From contig JAAPAO010000089.1 of the NCBI GenBank assembly GCA_013115145.1, positions 21,576 to 85,575 of the forward strand: a DNA stretch of 64,000 nucleotides. Reading direction: 5' to 3'. The position numbers and the translations under genes are program-made. The notes beneath the pieces are model-generated. The model saw nothing but the letters and a program-made list of their open reading frames with translations, did not search any database and was not told the DNA's origin. This DNA comes from Perkinsus chesapeaki ATCC PRA-425. Its lineage: Eukaryota; Protista; Perkinsozoa. Shown piece by piece: positions 36,519 to 48,560 of the stretch. Positions within the stretch are counted from its first letter, which is position 1. Every line of letters starts with the position of its first letter.

Positions 36519-38990
36519 ATGAACCGTTGCTTGCCATATGACAATCTGTGGCTTAATTTCGTGGCGACTGCGAGAAAAAACCCCGACAAGACCGCCTTGC
36601 GGTGCAACTCAACCCTCGTGACGTACGACCAGCTTCGACACCTTGCCGAAAGCCGCGCCTCTTCCCTTGGAGAGCTGGCCGCCTTATCGCCTGGGTCAAG
36701 AGTCCTCTTGTTGTTAAGTCGAGACGCCGAGTTTATAGCGATGACCTTGGCTGTGTGGAAGCTAGACTGCACTATGATACCTTTGGACTCGGAACTGACG
36801 CCTGGGGAACGGGCAGAGCAAGTGATCGAAGAGTCACAGTGTGACTTGGTTGTGACGAACCGCGAGAATGCCGCTGCTCTCACGGGGAAAAGAAGCAAAG
36901 TCGTCGCGGTGGAGGATCTTGTGTGGTCAGAGGTTGACAAGAAAGATACAAATGAGGTCAAGAGACGGTCAGCTCCTGCGTACATTATGTTCACAAGCGG
37001 CTCCTCCGGCCGTCCCAAAGGCGTAGTGGTCCCCCACTGTAACGTTGTGAACGTTCTCGAACATTTCTGTGCAGAAGTTGATCTCTCTTGGTCCAAGTGG
37101 TTGGCGGTGACGACCTTTCAATTCGACATCTCCGTCCTCGAGTACATGCTTCCTTTGGTCATCGGCAAGGAGTGTCTAGTGGCCGACAGCAGGACCTGCC
37201 GGAACGGCTCCGAGCTGCTGAGATTGTTGCTGCAAGAAAAGGTTGATATTATGCAAGCCACGCCGACAACGTGGCAGCTGCTGGTCACCGCGGGGCTCCT
37301 CGACAAGGCGGCTGAGCTGCGCCCCAGATTGAGGGTGCTCTGTGGCGGCGAGCCGTTCCCGTCGAAGCTCCGCTGCTTGTGTGAAGTCAGTAAGATGGTT
37401 CTTAATTGCTACGGACCGACCGAAACCACTATATGGTCGGCCACTTACCGTGTGACAGCCGAGGGCGACGGCGCGGTGCCTATAGGGAAGCCCATCAGGG
37501 ACACCGTCTTCGAGATCACCGATTCAGGCGAGCTGCTTATCGGTGGCGCTGGTGTGGCCTCAGGCTACTTTAAGGCCGATTTGGCCGCGCCTTGCCAAAC
37601 AGGGGGCTTCACTGTGGAAGGCTGGTACGCTACCGGAGACCGTGTTGCTGTTGATGCTGACGGAAACTATCTGTTCCGTGGCAGAATGAGCGACACTCAG
37701 GTGAAGGTGCGAGGGTATCGTATCGAGCTCGGTGAGATCGAAGTGGCCCTTGGCAAACTACTCGGTGACCAAATTCAGTGCGCAGTCGTCCCACACAATG
37801 ACCACCTCGCCGCCTTTGCTGTCGGCACTGCCGAGGCTTCTCTGAATGTCCCCAGTCTTAAACGACAGCTCGGCAGAGTGCTACCGCCGTACATGATCCC
37901 AACGTGGTTCAGAGCCATACCGTTCCTTCCGGTAACTCTTAATGGCAAGCTCGACAGGAAGGCTTTGTCCGCCTATCCCGTCCTAGTGGATACCAAGAAG
38001 CCTACGGTGTCTGTCGGCTGTGTGCGAGATCGAATTAAGGAGTGCTTGAGACTCGTTCTGGGCTCCGATGTGGTAGAAGATGCACCGCTCGCCGAGCAGG
38101 GCGTCACTTCCCTATTGGCCGTGGTTCTAGTTGAGGCTCTATCCGAAACCTTGGGGGTCTCGGTTGACGTCGAGCATGTGTTCGCCCATGCTCGAGCCGA
38201 GTCTTTCATTTCCTTCGTGGAAGACCTGGGGGTCATACAACCTCACAGCACCGATGGTACAAAAACCAAGGCCGGGAAGAAGTCCAAGAAGCTCGACCCG
38301 TTCATGGCCGCCTGCCAGGACGGCACAGTGCTTCAGGCCTACAGCGCTGCCGACATAAAGAAGAAGTGTAACTCCGTGACGGACCGGTTTGGCTCCTCGC
38401 CCTTCCACTATGCTGCCGGCGCTGGCCACTTGGATGTGTGCAAAGCTCTGTTGGCGATGGGGGCTGATGCTTCCTATGGTGACAACAAAAGCGGCCGTAA
38501 TGCCCTGCATTGGGCGGCTAGAAATGGCAGAGACGGTATGGTCGATTGGCTTCTGGATGCCTGTCACCTTCCCGTTGACAGCGACACCAAGGACGGCACC
38601 ACACCGTTGCAGCTCGCGTGTTGGGGTGGCTTCCCGACTGTGTGCGATGTTCTGGTGCGTAGAGGGGCAGACGTGCACCATGTGAACCGCTGGGGCTGTA
38701 TCGTCACTCACTTTGCAGCCTTGTCCGGGAAGCTGGAGACCATGAAGTGGTGCCATAGTGTGCTGAGCCCGGCTGAGCTGGTTCTTGGCAATGACCAAGG
38801 CCACACGGCGCTTCATAAGGCTGCCTATGGCGGCCACAGAGACATCTGCGAATGGCTTATCACTTTGGACTGCTTCAAGGAACTGCTCGACACACCGGAT
38901 GTGCGGGGACAAACACCAGCGGTCCTTGCTCGGAAGGGCGGCCACGAAGAGCTTGGAGCATGGTTCGATGAATGCACACAGTTGCCGTGA
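36519..38990 (+). CDS. Intronless NRPS-like protein: adenylation domain + carrier (T) domain + ~6 ankyrin repeats
   Basis: YIMFTSGSSGRPKGV, FQFDISV, NCYGPTETTIW, GELLIGGAGVASGY, YATGD, QVKVRGYRIELGEIE, NGKLDRKAL; T-domain GVTSL; ankyrin repeats SPFHYAA, NALHWAA, TPLQLAC, TALHKAA. ATG at 36519. Confidence 0.93.
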   Translation: MNRCLPYDNLWLNFVATARKNPDKTALRCNSTLVTYDQLRHLAESRASSLGELAALSPGSRVLLLLSRDAEFIAMTLAVWKLDCTMIPLDSELTPGERAEQVIEESQCDLVVTNRENAAALTGKRSKVVAVEDLVWSEVDKKDTNEVKRRSAPAYIMFTSGSSGRPKGVVVPHCNVVNVLEHFCAEVDLSWSKWLAVTTFQFDISVLEYMLPLVIGKECLVADSRTCRNGSELLRLLLQEKVDIMQATPTTWQLLVTAGLLDKAAELRPRLRVLCGGEPFPSKLRCLCEVSKMVLNCYGPTETTIWSATYRVTAEGDGAVPIGKPIRDTVFEITDSGELLIGGAGVASGYFKADLAAPCQTGGFTVEGWYATGDRVAVDADGNYLFRGRMSDTQVKVRGYRIELGEIEVALGKLLGDQIQCAVVPHNDHLAAFAVGTAEASLNVPSLKRQLGRVLPPYMIPTWFRAIPFLPVTLNGKLDRKALSAYPVLVDTKKPTVSVGCVRDRIKECLRLVLGSDVVEDAPLAEQGVTSLLAVVLVEALSETLGVSVDVEHVFAHARAESFISFVEDLGVIQPHSTDGTKTKAGKKSKKLDPFMAACQDGTVLQAYSAADIKKKCNSVTDRFGSSPFHYAAGAGHLDVCKALLAMGADASYGDNKSGRNALHWAARNGRDGMVDWLLDACHLPVDSDTKDGTTPLQLACWGGFPTVCDVLVRRGADVHHVNRWGCIVTHFAALSGKLETMKWCHSVLSPAELVLGNDQGHTALHKAAYGGHRDICEWLITLDCFKELLDTPDVRGQTPAVLARKGGHEELGAWFDECTQLP

Positions 38991-39325
38991 ACACCACCGA
39001 GTCTGTACTGGTTTCTACGTCTTTATTCCGTTGGTCGTGTTGCGCTAGTGTTGCTAATGCGCTATCCTGTTCTACCTCTGCTCAGCTCCTCGACTTACTA
39101 ATAGAATCGCCGCAGAGGGATGCAAAAGATGTCGGAATTTGTAGAAAGTTTTATCAAAAAAATTCGTAATGCGCTGACGCCGCTGTCTGCGTTCTCCACA
39201 ATAGCCTTTTGTTCCCATGATAAACTGTTATCTCCAGCGCCTTGCCTATTGTTGGTTCAAGAGCTCAGTTAGAGGCACTAAAATTAGAGACGGGTTGGTA
39301 TAGGTTCAGTGGTATTACCCTAGCA

Positions 39326-42300
39326 ATGGCTTCGGACTTATATGCTTCATGTGGCTATTGTGGGGGTAGAGAGCAACAGCCACACTCCTTTACATGCAGT
39401 AGATGTCTAGATGTTAAGTACTGTACCAAAGAACACCAGTCCTTGCACTGGAAGGAGGTAGGAGTCACATAAGGCTTATAGATTGGGAAACACAGTCCAA
39501 GAGGTTAGCTTGAAGCTTAGATTCCAAAGTTTCCTCGAAAACATCTGAGAGCCAAGCCCCGGTTTGAGCACTAGTTGGTGATGCAGTACCCTCCTGCTGC
39601 TTTGGTTCAACTACTAACGGTTAGTGACTAACCTTTCTATAGGCTCATTGCGAAGAGTGTCGCGGGAGAGGTGGGAAGGCTCCGACTTTGGCAGAACAAG
39701 TAGCGAGCTTACGATTGGCAATGCAGGTGAGAAAGCTCGAATGAAAATACTAGGAAGCTTAACGGCGGAGCGATGCAATATCTGAGCTGCGTCAGGCTCA
39801 TGCGGAGAAGACAAGAAGGGTGTCGGAGGAGATTCTGAAGGCGGGAGCTGAGCGAGAACGGTAACGTTGCATGGTGCCATTTTTGGCAGTTGCTCATTTC
39901 GAGATGCCACTATTCGGTCCTAAGAGGTTAGACTTTTCATCAGAATCACCTTCTTAGTCGGTAACAGAGTTTCATTATCCCTCGGCGGTTTTTAAAGGGA
40001 TGTTCGAACGTGCCTTAGCATGCCTGATCGGACTTGCTTGATACGTATGTGTGAAACATTCTTATAAGCAAACTAACTGATAACTTTCAAGTTGTGTATT
40101 GAAAACGCCAGGAATTTCGCTAACGTTGCAAAGAAACGCACGCGAGGTCTCGCTTCCACAAGATGCCTGTGTTCTCTAGTTTCGGACAAGGGACATCCGG
40201 TAGCTCTCGATAGACATGTTCACGCGGCAGTGAAATGAACTCCTGGTTGGCAATGTCAGCTTGACATACTGTATATAATAAACGGACTGTTGGCTTTTTC
40301 ATTGAGGAATATTGTACTAGAATATCAAGTTAATGTTATTATTAATAACTCAGAATATGGAAGGAAGTGTCTGCGGCGGGCGACGCGGTGAGAAGGATCG
40401 CCGAGGAAAAGCAACGAGCTGAGCGAGAGGTGGCAGCCTGACAGCTTTCGTTCCCTCGTAGCTGCTAAAAGGTGTTGAAGGCTCAAAGCGATTTGAAGGC
40501 AAAGTCAAAGGAGATTGAGATGTGCCTTACCATGATGGGAGGCCAATACGCTGCTGGTAATATCTCTCCCACTTGCATTGCGTTTTTGCTTTGGCTGCTT
40601 CCGAATATGGTACTTGGAGGGCCACTGCTCGTCGTTTACAGCCTCTGGAGCCGTTTTCATGAAGGAATTGTGGTAGACTTCCAATTATTCTATTGTTAAC
40701 TACGAGTCGCCGAGTGTCCTAAAGAGCGGTTGTTCGCATATCGTCACAAATCTTGTTCATTTTCACTCTGTTTCACTTTCTTCCATCAGGCTACGAAGAG
40801 TCCCCGGAATGGGGTCCTCCTCCAGCCTTGACAGCGGCTCAGCTATCCTTCATAGTGCAGAAATTGAGTCGACAAGGATGGGCTTTCATTGACGATTTTA
40901 TCGACAGTGCCGCAGTGAACAAGATGCGAACCTACTGGCTTGAGCGATACACAAGCGGTATGCCCATACACAGTGAGATTAGCAGTAGCCATTCTGGCTT
41001 TGAACAAGACGCAGTTTGAAGCGGCAAAGTGAAAGAGCATCAGTTGTTTTATTGATAGAAAAACAATCGAACAGTACATTGGAAATATGAGCGAAGAAAT
41101 AAACAATATGACAATAGGGACTAGGGCGGCCCCGCCAAGCACCTACCGAGTGGCGAAAATTAGAGTGGGTGTGTCTAGCCGGTTTCCTGTATGCATTCAA
41201 TGCGCTATTGTTTTTCACGCCTAGAAACCCACGCGTAAGTTTTTGGAAAATTGTTTTCTCGTGTTTTGCGCGGGAAATGTGGAGTCCGCATCCCATTGTG
41301 GACATATAGCAGGCAGTGCTATGAACGTTAGTTTTCCGGGCTGGCTTCAATTTATCACGAGTCGCTCATTCAGGAGACGGCAACTTTGACCGAGGCCGTA
41401 TGGGTGGCGGTCGTTCAGGAAGCAACCTGAAGTACCTATCCGACAGCGAGGGGTTCCGGTGTGTCGCGGTCTAGATACGTGAATGAGGAATCTCGAGGGG
41501 ACTTTGTGCGCTGGCTGTCCCCACAGGACGAGGATTGCCCCATGAGCTATAAGTGGCTGAGAGCAGGTAGCTTTTCCTGCGTATCCAATCACTCAGCGCT
41601 TTTTTGGCAAGAAGTCTTCCTTCAATGGGCAAACTCATGGTTAATATTTATAGCTTATTCATTAACTGAAAACGACTTCTGGAAGGGAAGATGATGAGAA
41701 GTGATGTCTGGAGAACAGCGAAAATTGTAGTGCGACAATAGTCATCTTCCTGCCTTTCTTCATATGCTTGTGAGTATAAATGTTGTTATATTGTTATATC
41801 GTATACCTTTTTCATTGTCCCTACATGTTACATTTGCCACTAGATATCAAAGGGATCTCTTCGAGCTCTGTCAGCAGTAGACCTCCCATTGTTCAACTCG
41901 GGACTTGATGATGGTAAACTCATAATAACAAATAGAAAATAGTAGTAGTGGCTCTCACTTATTATTTACGTAGTATAGCAAACTAACTAGCGTAACAGCT
42001 TTGCGTTACAGACAGATTTAAGGATATACAAGATAGCAAGATAAAACATGATACTTATTTTATCGATTAATAAAATGCTATCACAAGCTCCACTGTCTTT
42101 GTACCAGGAATGGATCGGCTTGTATGTGATGTGGCGGAACGTTGCCAGGACATTCTTAAAAACGCCAAAACTGTGGTTGCGCAGAGCTCGATGGTCGCTA
42201 TATACCCCAGTGAGATTCTTGCGCGCCAGCAAATACATATTGCCCTGTCTCAGAGTCCTCCGGCTGTGGTATTGAGTCACGGTACATAAGGCATATCGAC

Positions 42301-42764
42301 AATCCTATCGATGACGGACGGATACTTACTGTGATGGTCTACCTCAATCCGCCAGAGTGGTCTCCCAGTGTTCACGGTGGAGTAATAATCATACCATACT
42401 TCTCTCAAATCTCGCCAAATCCTCGTCATAGGCCCTACGTGTTTTCGAAGCCGCTGCTGCTGCTGATGGTTCTGAGAGCTCCACAGATATTTCGCCTGCA
42501 GGCGGACGGCTCGTTGTTTTTCTAAGTGACCGAGTTCCTCACGAAGTGAAAACTCAATGGGAAAGGCGTCACCGAATTCCTCAGGTTTTGCCTGTCACAG
42601 CATCCGTGGATCGCATGGCGATAACAACGTGGTACATGGACTTCAGCGCGAGAGCTCGAGCGACTTGTGAGGAGCCCAGCCAGCGAGAGCGAGCTAAACT
42701 AGAGCAGGAAGTGGAACGCATGAACGGGCGTGTTGTTGACGGCGAGGCGCATGCGACAGCGTGA
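39326..42764 (+). CDS. MYND zinc finger + 2OG/Fe(II) prolyl hydroxylase (EGLN1/PHD2-like), multi-exon
   Basis: CGYCG..CSRCLDVKYCTKEHQSLHW; GWAFIDDFI; RGDFVRW; YIRHIDNPIDDGRILTVMVYLN..GG; GRLVVFLSDRVPHEVLP..RMAITTWYMD. Confidence 0.88.
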
Positions 42765-42940
42765 CTTTCTTAGTTGTTGCTGTTTTGTTCTGATTCCGGG
42801 TGCATGATTCAGCCGAGATGGGAGGAACAGTGGTATGTGTTTCGCATCGACATGGTTTGATCTCTATATCTAATTCGCAGTTTTATATCCGTATTTGACC
42901 CATAGAAAGGTCGGTGGAATTGTTATCCAGTATAGGTTAT

Positions 42941-44901
42941 ATGCCCTCTCCTTCAGCATGGCTCTCGCATATTACTACTGAGCTAGCAGGTGCTGAGGAT
43001 GCCACCAAGGCCATTTTCTCGGCGATGGAAACAGCCGAAAGAGATATCGCCTCTCCTATGAGTATAGGCGTGATAGGTCCGAGTGGCAGCGGTAAGACGA
43101 CCTTATGCTCAGCCGTGCAAAGTGTAGCGAAGTCTGAAGGCAACTGGAGTGCGGGCACAATCGATACTGTTGAGTAAGCTTCAAGGTGATGATGACCAAA
43201 TCTCATGTCGTAACTCGTTTGCGATAAAAAGTTACATAGGCTGGGCCATTGTTTAATTAACACCTTGTATCAGATACAGTGTATCTTCTCAACAGACTTT
43301 TGGTAATTGAATGTAAATACACATATTAAATATGTGGTGTAGCTACATTACCTTCTTAGTTTGTAAATTGGATATAATCGAGCTGTGTTGTTCTTGTACA
43401 TATATAAACTACCCCATATTAGCAGTAGTGTAAAAGGCTGTTATACTCTATTGCTCCTACTGTAGACCTTTTTATATCACTCATCAATTTCATTACCTTC
43501 AGCTCCTCATACCTTGATTGCGCGATGGGCCATTCAATTATAACTTGAAACATTCGAGTAATCCTCAATATGATAGATCTAACGCACGTGAGATGTTAGC
43601 ATTTTCGGCCTCCTTGTCATCATGGTATCCACGCCTCCTATTTTTTTTTCTCTGGCCATCTCGGCATGATCCGCCTTAGGTGCTCTCGCGAATCCGCTGG
43701 TCATTCCCATCCGCTTCGACACTTCCTGAGTATTTTCAAACGTCGCTATAATGGCGCCATTGCCAGCAAAGACAGTGTCATTCTAGTCTTAGAAGGTTGC
43801 TCTGATATCGACGCTCAGCAATTGATGGTCGTCGAAGGTGTCGTAGAGCACGCGGTAGCCAGTGGCCCACTGGTTTGCCTGGTACCTATCATCAAGAAGG
43901 CCGATGCACCGGCATTTATTGACGGTTTCCTAGAGCTTGGTGCGCTTGACGATGCGCAGCGGTTAGACTTCTTCTCGAGAAAATTGCCGAGTTGTGCCGC
44001 AAGAACCGCTGCTGACCTCACTGAAGGAATGCTAGTTTGTGATCTTGCCGGCGTTTACAGATTCGCATGTCTCAAGGCGATTGATCGAGGTGCACCGTCT
44101 CCCGTTTGCGCAGATGTAGTCCGAGCAGTGGCGCAGCTCCAACGGAAGCCCTCAGACGTGCCTCCAGTCCTTGCTGGCCGACCATGTGTTTGTAGCGGTT
44201 CGCCGTCAAGTGGTGAACACACTTCTTCCTCGCCGTTGGAGGCATTCTTTGGATCGCAAACACAAGTAAAACTGCTTGAGAGGGAAATTGTTGCCAAGTT
44301 TGGTCCTGGCCTGCCCCGCGGATTTTATAGCGTCCTCATCACGGGCATGTCAGGCTGCGGGAAGACGTATCTTTCTAACCTGCTAGCCCGGGCCATCTCA
44401 GCTAGATCGGTGCTTAGACTGAAGGCGTCCGATATCTTGTCTAGCCTGGTCGGCGCTTCGGAGGCTAAGCTTGCGAAGTCTCTTTTGGATATTCGCAAGG
44501 AACCTGGCCCGTTTGCTGTGATAATCGATGACGTCGAGTCCATTGCTCCAGCGGATGCCTCCTCGGTAAGTGGCACCGTTCAACGGTTGCTTGTCACACT
44601 TATACAGTATGGTATTGATGATGCTGGCTGGGGCGTTCTGCTGACAACTGCGCTGGACGCCGGAGCTGTACATCCCCGGCTTCGGGAAAAGTCACTGGAG
44701 GTGCAGCTGGAGCCCACGCTTGACCCCCTGAGCGCTGAGAAGCTCTACAAAAAGTGCGCTCCGGGCCTGCCTGTTCCGGAATCGGGCATAGGCTTCACGT
44801 CACCGGCGGAGATCGTATGCAAGGCTAGAGAAGCTGCCTGTGATTCTGTGCGTATGAAAGTCACTGAGAGATCAAGCAACTTATGGAACGTATCTTTGTA
44901 A
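42941..44901 (+). CDS. Two-domain AAA+ ATPase (CDC48/AFG2/PEX-like, divergent)
   Basis: Walker A motifs GPSGSGKT and GMSGCGKT; second Walker B VIIDDVESI; LKASDILSSLVGASEAKL. The start is uncertain. Confidence 0.75.
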
Positions 44902-44936
44902 TTATATTGTGTTGGGTTGGTAACCAGAGTTTTCAG

Positions 44937-46009
44937 TTAACCGACTGCGGTAGAAGAGCTTTTTCTGGAGTCAACAACGCCAGAGACGAAGTCGAGTAAT
45001 ACTATATGACGCGCCTTTTGAAAGCCGTGACGCCAGAATGTCACACGCGAATTGGAATCATGACAGCCAATTTTCAACCATCGCTGCGACTTTGAGAATG
45101 ACATCCCAAAAATATAAGTTCGTTTTCGAGTCAAAAAATTTTGACAGTATAAATATAAATAGGTGCTCCCGAATCGCCTGCCTACTAATACAACACTAGG
45201 GCAAGAATTAGAGCTATCATAAGTTATGATCAAGTCATCAGACTGCCGGCTGACGCGAAAAATGTTTCCTCTGGGAACATTTAATGTTCCTGGATGATCA
45301 ATACCCAATCATTACGCTCACCATAGCAGAAAATGAAGAGTAAAAGGATGACGGAAAGCACGAGTACGATAGAGCCAAGTAATCTTTTATTCTCGTGAAA
45401 ATACCCTGAGCTAGGAGCAGTTCCGATATATTCCATAGCGATAACGAGAACACATAGAGCGGCGAGCGTAGTGAACGTTCTTATACATATTGCATTGGAG
45501 AATCCCAAATTCAAACCACGAGAAAAGTCAAGGTACGACAAAATTCGACTGAGGTCACTGGCCGCCCTGTCTTTACCATAGACAACACCGTTCAAACGGA
45601 CAAGGCAATCATAGAAATGATCTGAATCTCTACTCTCCTTAATGAAGGTGTGACGGGAGATCCTCTCACACTCATCACGAGAAATAGCACCGCGAGATGG
45701 GAATAACGCCATGGAGCAAGCTCATATGGATTGTCCATTGAATGGAAATATGCCATTACATTTCAAATTACGACGTTCGAAGCCAAGAAGGATAAATCCT
45801 GCCGCGCAAGAGCCGTCACCGAAGTTTCGACAACCAGCCGCCATGGAATCTAGACAATTGGATTCCGCAGTGGACGCAGGCCCAACTGGCGTCTTATTTC
45901 CATGAGCCTGATATATCGAGCGCGCGCCGCTGATCTCATCATAAGAGACCACAGAAGTGCAAGATAAGAACAAACATAAACAATAAATAATAACGTTAGC
46001 ATTCTTCAT
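44937..46009 (-). CDS. Hypothetical secreted or membrane protein
   Basis: Three consecutive minus-strand ORFs (45722-46009, 45281-45712, 44937-45308) with a signal-like start and two hydrophobic helices. No family recognised. Confidence 0.45.
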
Positions 46010-46839
46010 AGGAGTAAAGTACGAAGAGAGTCGTATAGGGGGGTTTACCGCGATTCATCCACTTGTGCTTCGTCCACGGTATGTTCCATCCAAGATTCGT
46101 TCGAAAAAGATTCGTCCAAATCGCATTCCATCCATGTTCATTTGAAATGGAATTTGACGATGCGCGCTTCGCACAGGGTTTTTTTCGTGCGAAAAACATT
46201 CGTCCATGCTTGTAACAATGGAAAAATTCGTATTGTCTACTCCTCCACAGGGTCCTCAATGACGACTCCTCATTAAATGGCGAACTTTCTGCCGAAGCAG
46301 GCCAGCTCGGTAAGGAGTCGTGACCGAGGCGCAGCTCTAGCACGCTGGAAGCAATGTGCCTCAGTAGTCTCCACTGGAGATTCGAAAGTCAAGAAAAGTT
46401 CTCTATGCGTCATTGACGCATAATTCAGAGTTATTTGGCGATCCATGTTTTTCGTTCCTCATGAAGCTCTGAATTACTCTCGATCCGAGAGTCTCGGAAG
46501 GCTTCATGCTGTTAATTCCATGGTGTGTCACAGCCATTTCGTTCGCGAGCTGATCCCGCTTTGCAGAGAGAGAGATAGGGTTTCTCAGAAACTTGCAGCT
46601 CGGCAGAAGCTCTCATCCGTAGACTTTGGGATAGGCTGTTCCTAGGCTAGCAAGTTCCTAGCCTATTGCTGCTAGTCCCCAAAAAATCCTCCATTATATG
46701 ACGAAATAACTCGACCTCCAAACCCTGTTTTCGGTCACCGACAACTATGTCACAGTGGTAATGTCACGGGATGCTCGCCCTTACGAGCGTGAGTCAATTG
46801 AGTGTACTATTACGGCAAAAGACTTGATAAGACTGGTTA

Positions 46840-48000
46840 ATGAAACAGAAGTTATTTCATAGAAACATGGCACTTACCAAAGTATGCCTTCATCTTCTAT
46901 ATTACGCACAGTCACTTATGCTATGCGTCTGGTTCTGCTCAGCTGCTCTTCCGCGTGAGTCCGTAGACATGCCTATCAAGCAAGCTGAAGACCGCTCCCT
47001 GGCTGAGTTCGTATTCGATGGCCACAAGGTTTATGTTCTCCCCGACACTGGAGGGGCTAAAACTTATGCGTTGGATGAAAAGTCGTTTGGAGAAGCTACC
47101 TGTCGTACCTATGCTACTGGTTGCTACCCATGCCCTGAAGAGCGTTGTGCAGAAATCAGGAAAACTAACCTTACTGCCAGGTTTCTCGATGGTACTACTT
47201 TCACCTACTTCCGCTATACTACAAACCTCAACGTTAAACTCGGGAGTGGGACTGAGGTGGACGTTATCTATAATCTCGGTTTGGTAAAAGACTATTCTCC
47301 GAAGACGTTTCACCCACATCCTATCGTGGGGCTGAGAAGGGAACCAAGCTTCTCTAGTGGTCGTTATTCCTTCATTCACCAACTCGTCAGAGGGTCGAGC
47401 GGGGCCATCCGTAAAATGGTATTCTCGCTAGCCTACCCGAGGACGACTACTGATGTTGGACATTTCACCGCTGGTGGAGATCCTGACCCAGATTGGCACG
47501 CACCTTTTATGAATCTACAGCAAAGAGACGAAGAAGCCTGGACATTAAAGATCGAGGAGGCAGGTTATCGCTCGGGAAAGGAGTCCGAAGCTGCCCATAT
47601 CAAGGAGAGCCGCGTGCTCTTCGATTCAGGTGCTGGTATTATCATTGGACCGAAGAGCGAGGTTAGGACCCTGTGGGATTTTATTGGAAAGTTCGTTAAG
47701 TTTACAGGAGGTGTTATACTGAAGACCATAGATTGCTCGGATGTCAGTAAGCTGCCGGATATTTGGTTCGACATAAAGGCCGATGATGATGTGGGTTTAA
47801 CTACAAGACTATTCGTTGAAGGAAGGGACTACTCTGCTCCCTCAACGGTATCAGAGGAGTGTACAATTGATATTGTTGGCATTGATATTGGCCATCTGTT
47901 ACCTTATGGATGGATTGTCGGTGCACCGCTTTTCAAAGGCCATTTCGTTCAGTTCAGCTATGACAGTGAGACTATTGGCTTCGCTAAGAAGAAGATCTAG
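46840..48000 (+). CDS. Pepsin-like (A1) aspartic protease, intronless
   Basis: VLPDTGG and VLFDSGAG catalytic motifs, hydrophobic N-terminus, WIVGAPLFKGHFVQF..IGFA C-terminus. Confidence 0.9.
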   Translation: MKQKLFHRNMALTKVCLHLLYYAQSLMLCVWFCSAALPRESVDMPIKQAEDRSLAEFVFDGHKVYVLPDTGGAKTYALDEKSFGEATCRTYATGCYPCPEERCAEIRKTNLTARFLDGTTFTYFRYTTNLNVKLGSGTEVDVIYNLGLVKDYSPKTFHPHPIVGLRREPSFSSGRYSFIHQLVRGSSGAIRKMVFSLAYPRTTTDVGHFTAGGDPDPDWHAPFMNLQQRDEEAWTLKIEEAGYRSGKESEAAHIKESRVLFDSGAGIIIGPKSEVRTLWDFIGKFVKFTGGVILKTIDCSDVSKLPDIWFDIKADDDVGLTTRLFVEGRDYSAPSTVSEECTIDIVGIDIGHLLPYGWIVGAPLFKGHFVQFSYDSETIGFAKKKI

Positions 48001-48229
48001 CTACTCCCACTGTGCGAGTCCCACATCATGTCACATGCGGTCTGTCGGCAGCTCACACACTTTTGTTGTTGAGGCTTTGAGCCTCAAACATAGATCTTTT
48101 CTAACACTATTCAAATATGGCGCTACCTTTTTTTCATTATCTAAACCCATCGTAAGGCTTCTTCTCCCCCAATGGATTAAAAGTTGAGTTACCGAGTGTG
48201 GAGATTGCGATGAAACAAGTAATCAAACC

Positions 48230-48560
48230 TATTGTTGCGATGAATTGTTTATTGTTGCGATAACAAATGTGGATAAGTCTTGCATATGTTGTGGGTCCAG
48301 ATTGATCCCCATCTTGCTATATTGCTGATCTCCCCACAACTTATTATGTCCCGAAGGATATTGCTATAGCCTGGAGGGTTGTCTGATGGAATAAACCTTC
48401 GCCATTCCCTTTATAGCTGTCGAGCCCAATATCGATTAATTGCGCAGAGTAATTGTGTTTGCGTACACATAGATTGGTGCAGAACTTAAGTGCAGGTAGT
48501 GCGCTTATATCTATTGTCCCAGGGTCGTAGTATTGGTATTCTGGCTCAAGCTCCTTTGTT
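48230..48560 (-). mobile_element. Possible LINE APE-endonuclease relic
   Basis: IYVYANT..ILGS..SGHNKLWGDQQYSKMGINL in a stop-interrupted frame. Confidence 0.3.

Noticed and set aside
36431-38945. Long minus-strand ORFs (221 aa and 268 aa) overlapping the NRPS-like gene
   Set aside because: Antisense shadows of a GC-rich coding sequence with no recognisable motifs.
48540-48550. TCTGGCTCAAG, matching the 3' end of the short Perkinsus-type spliced leader
   Set aside because: Only 11 nt match, not upstream of a gene, and it lies inside a probable LINE relic; compatible with chance.
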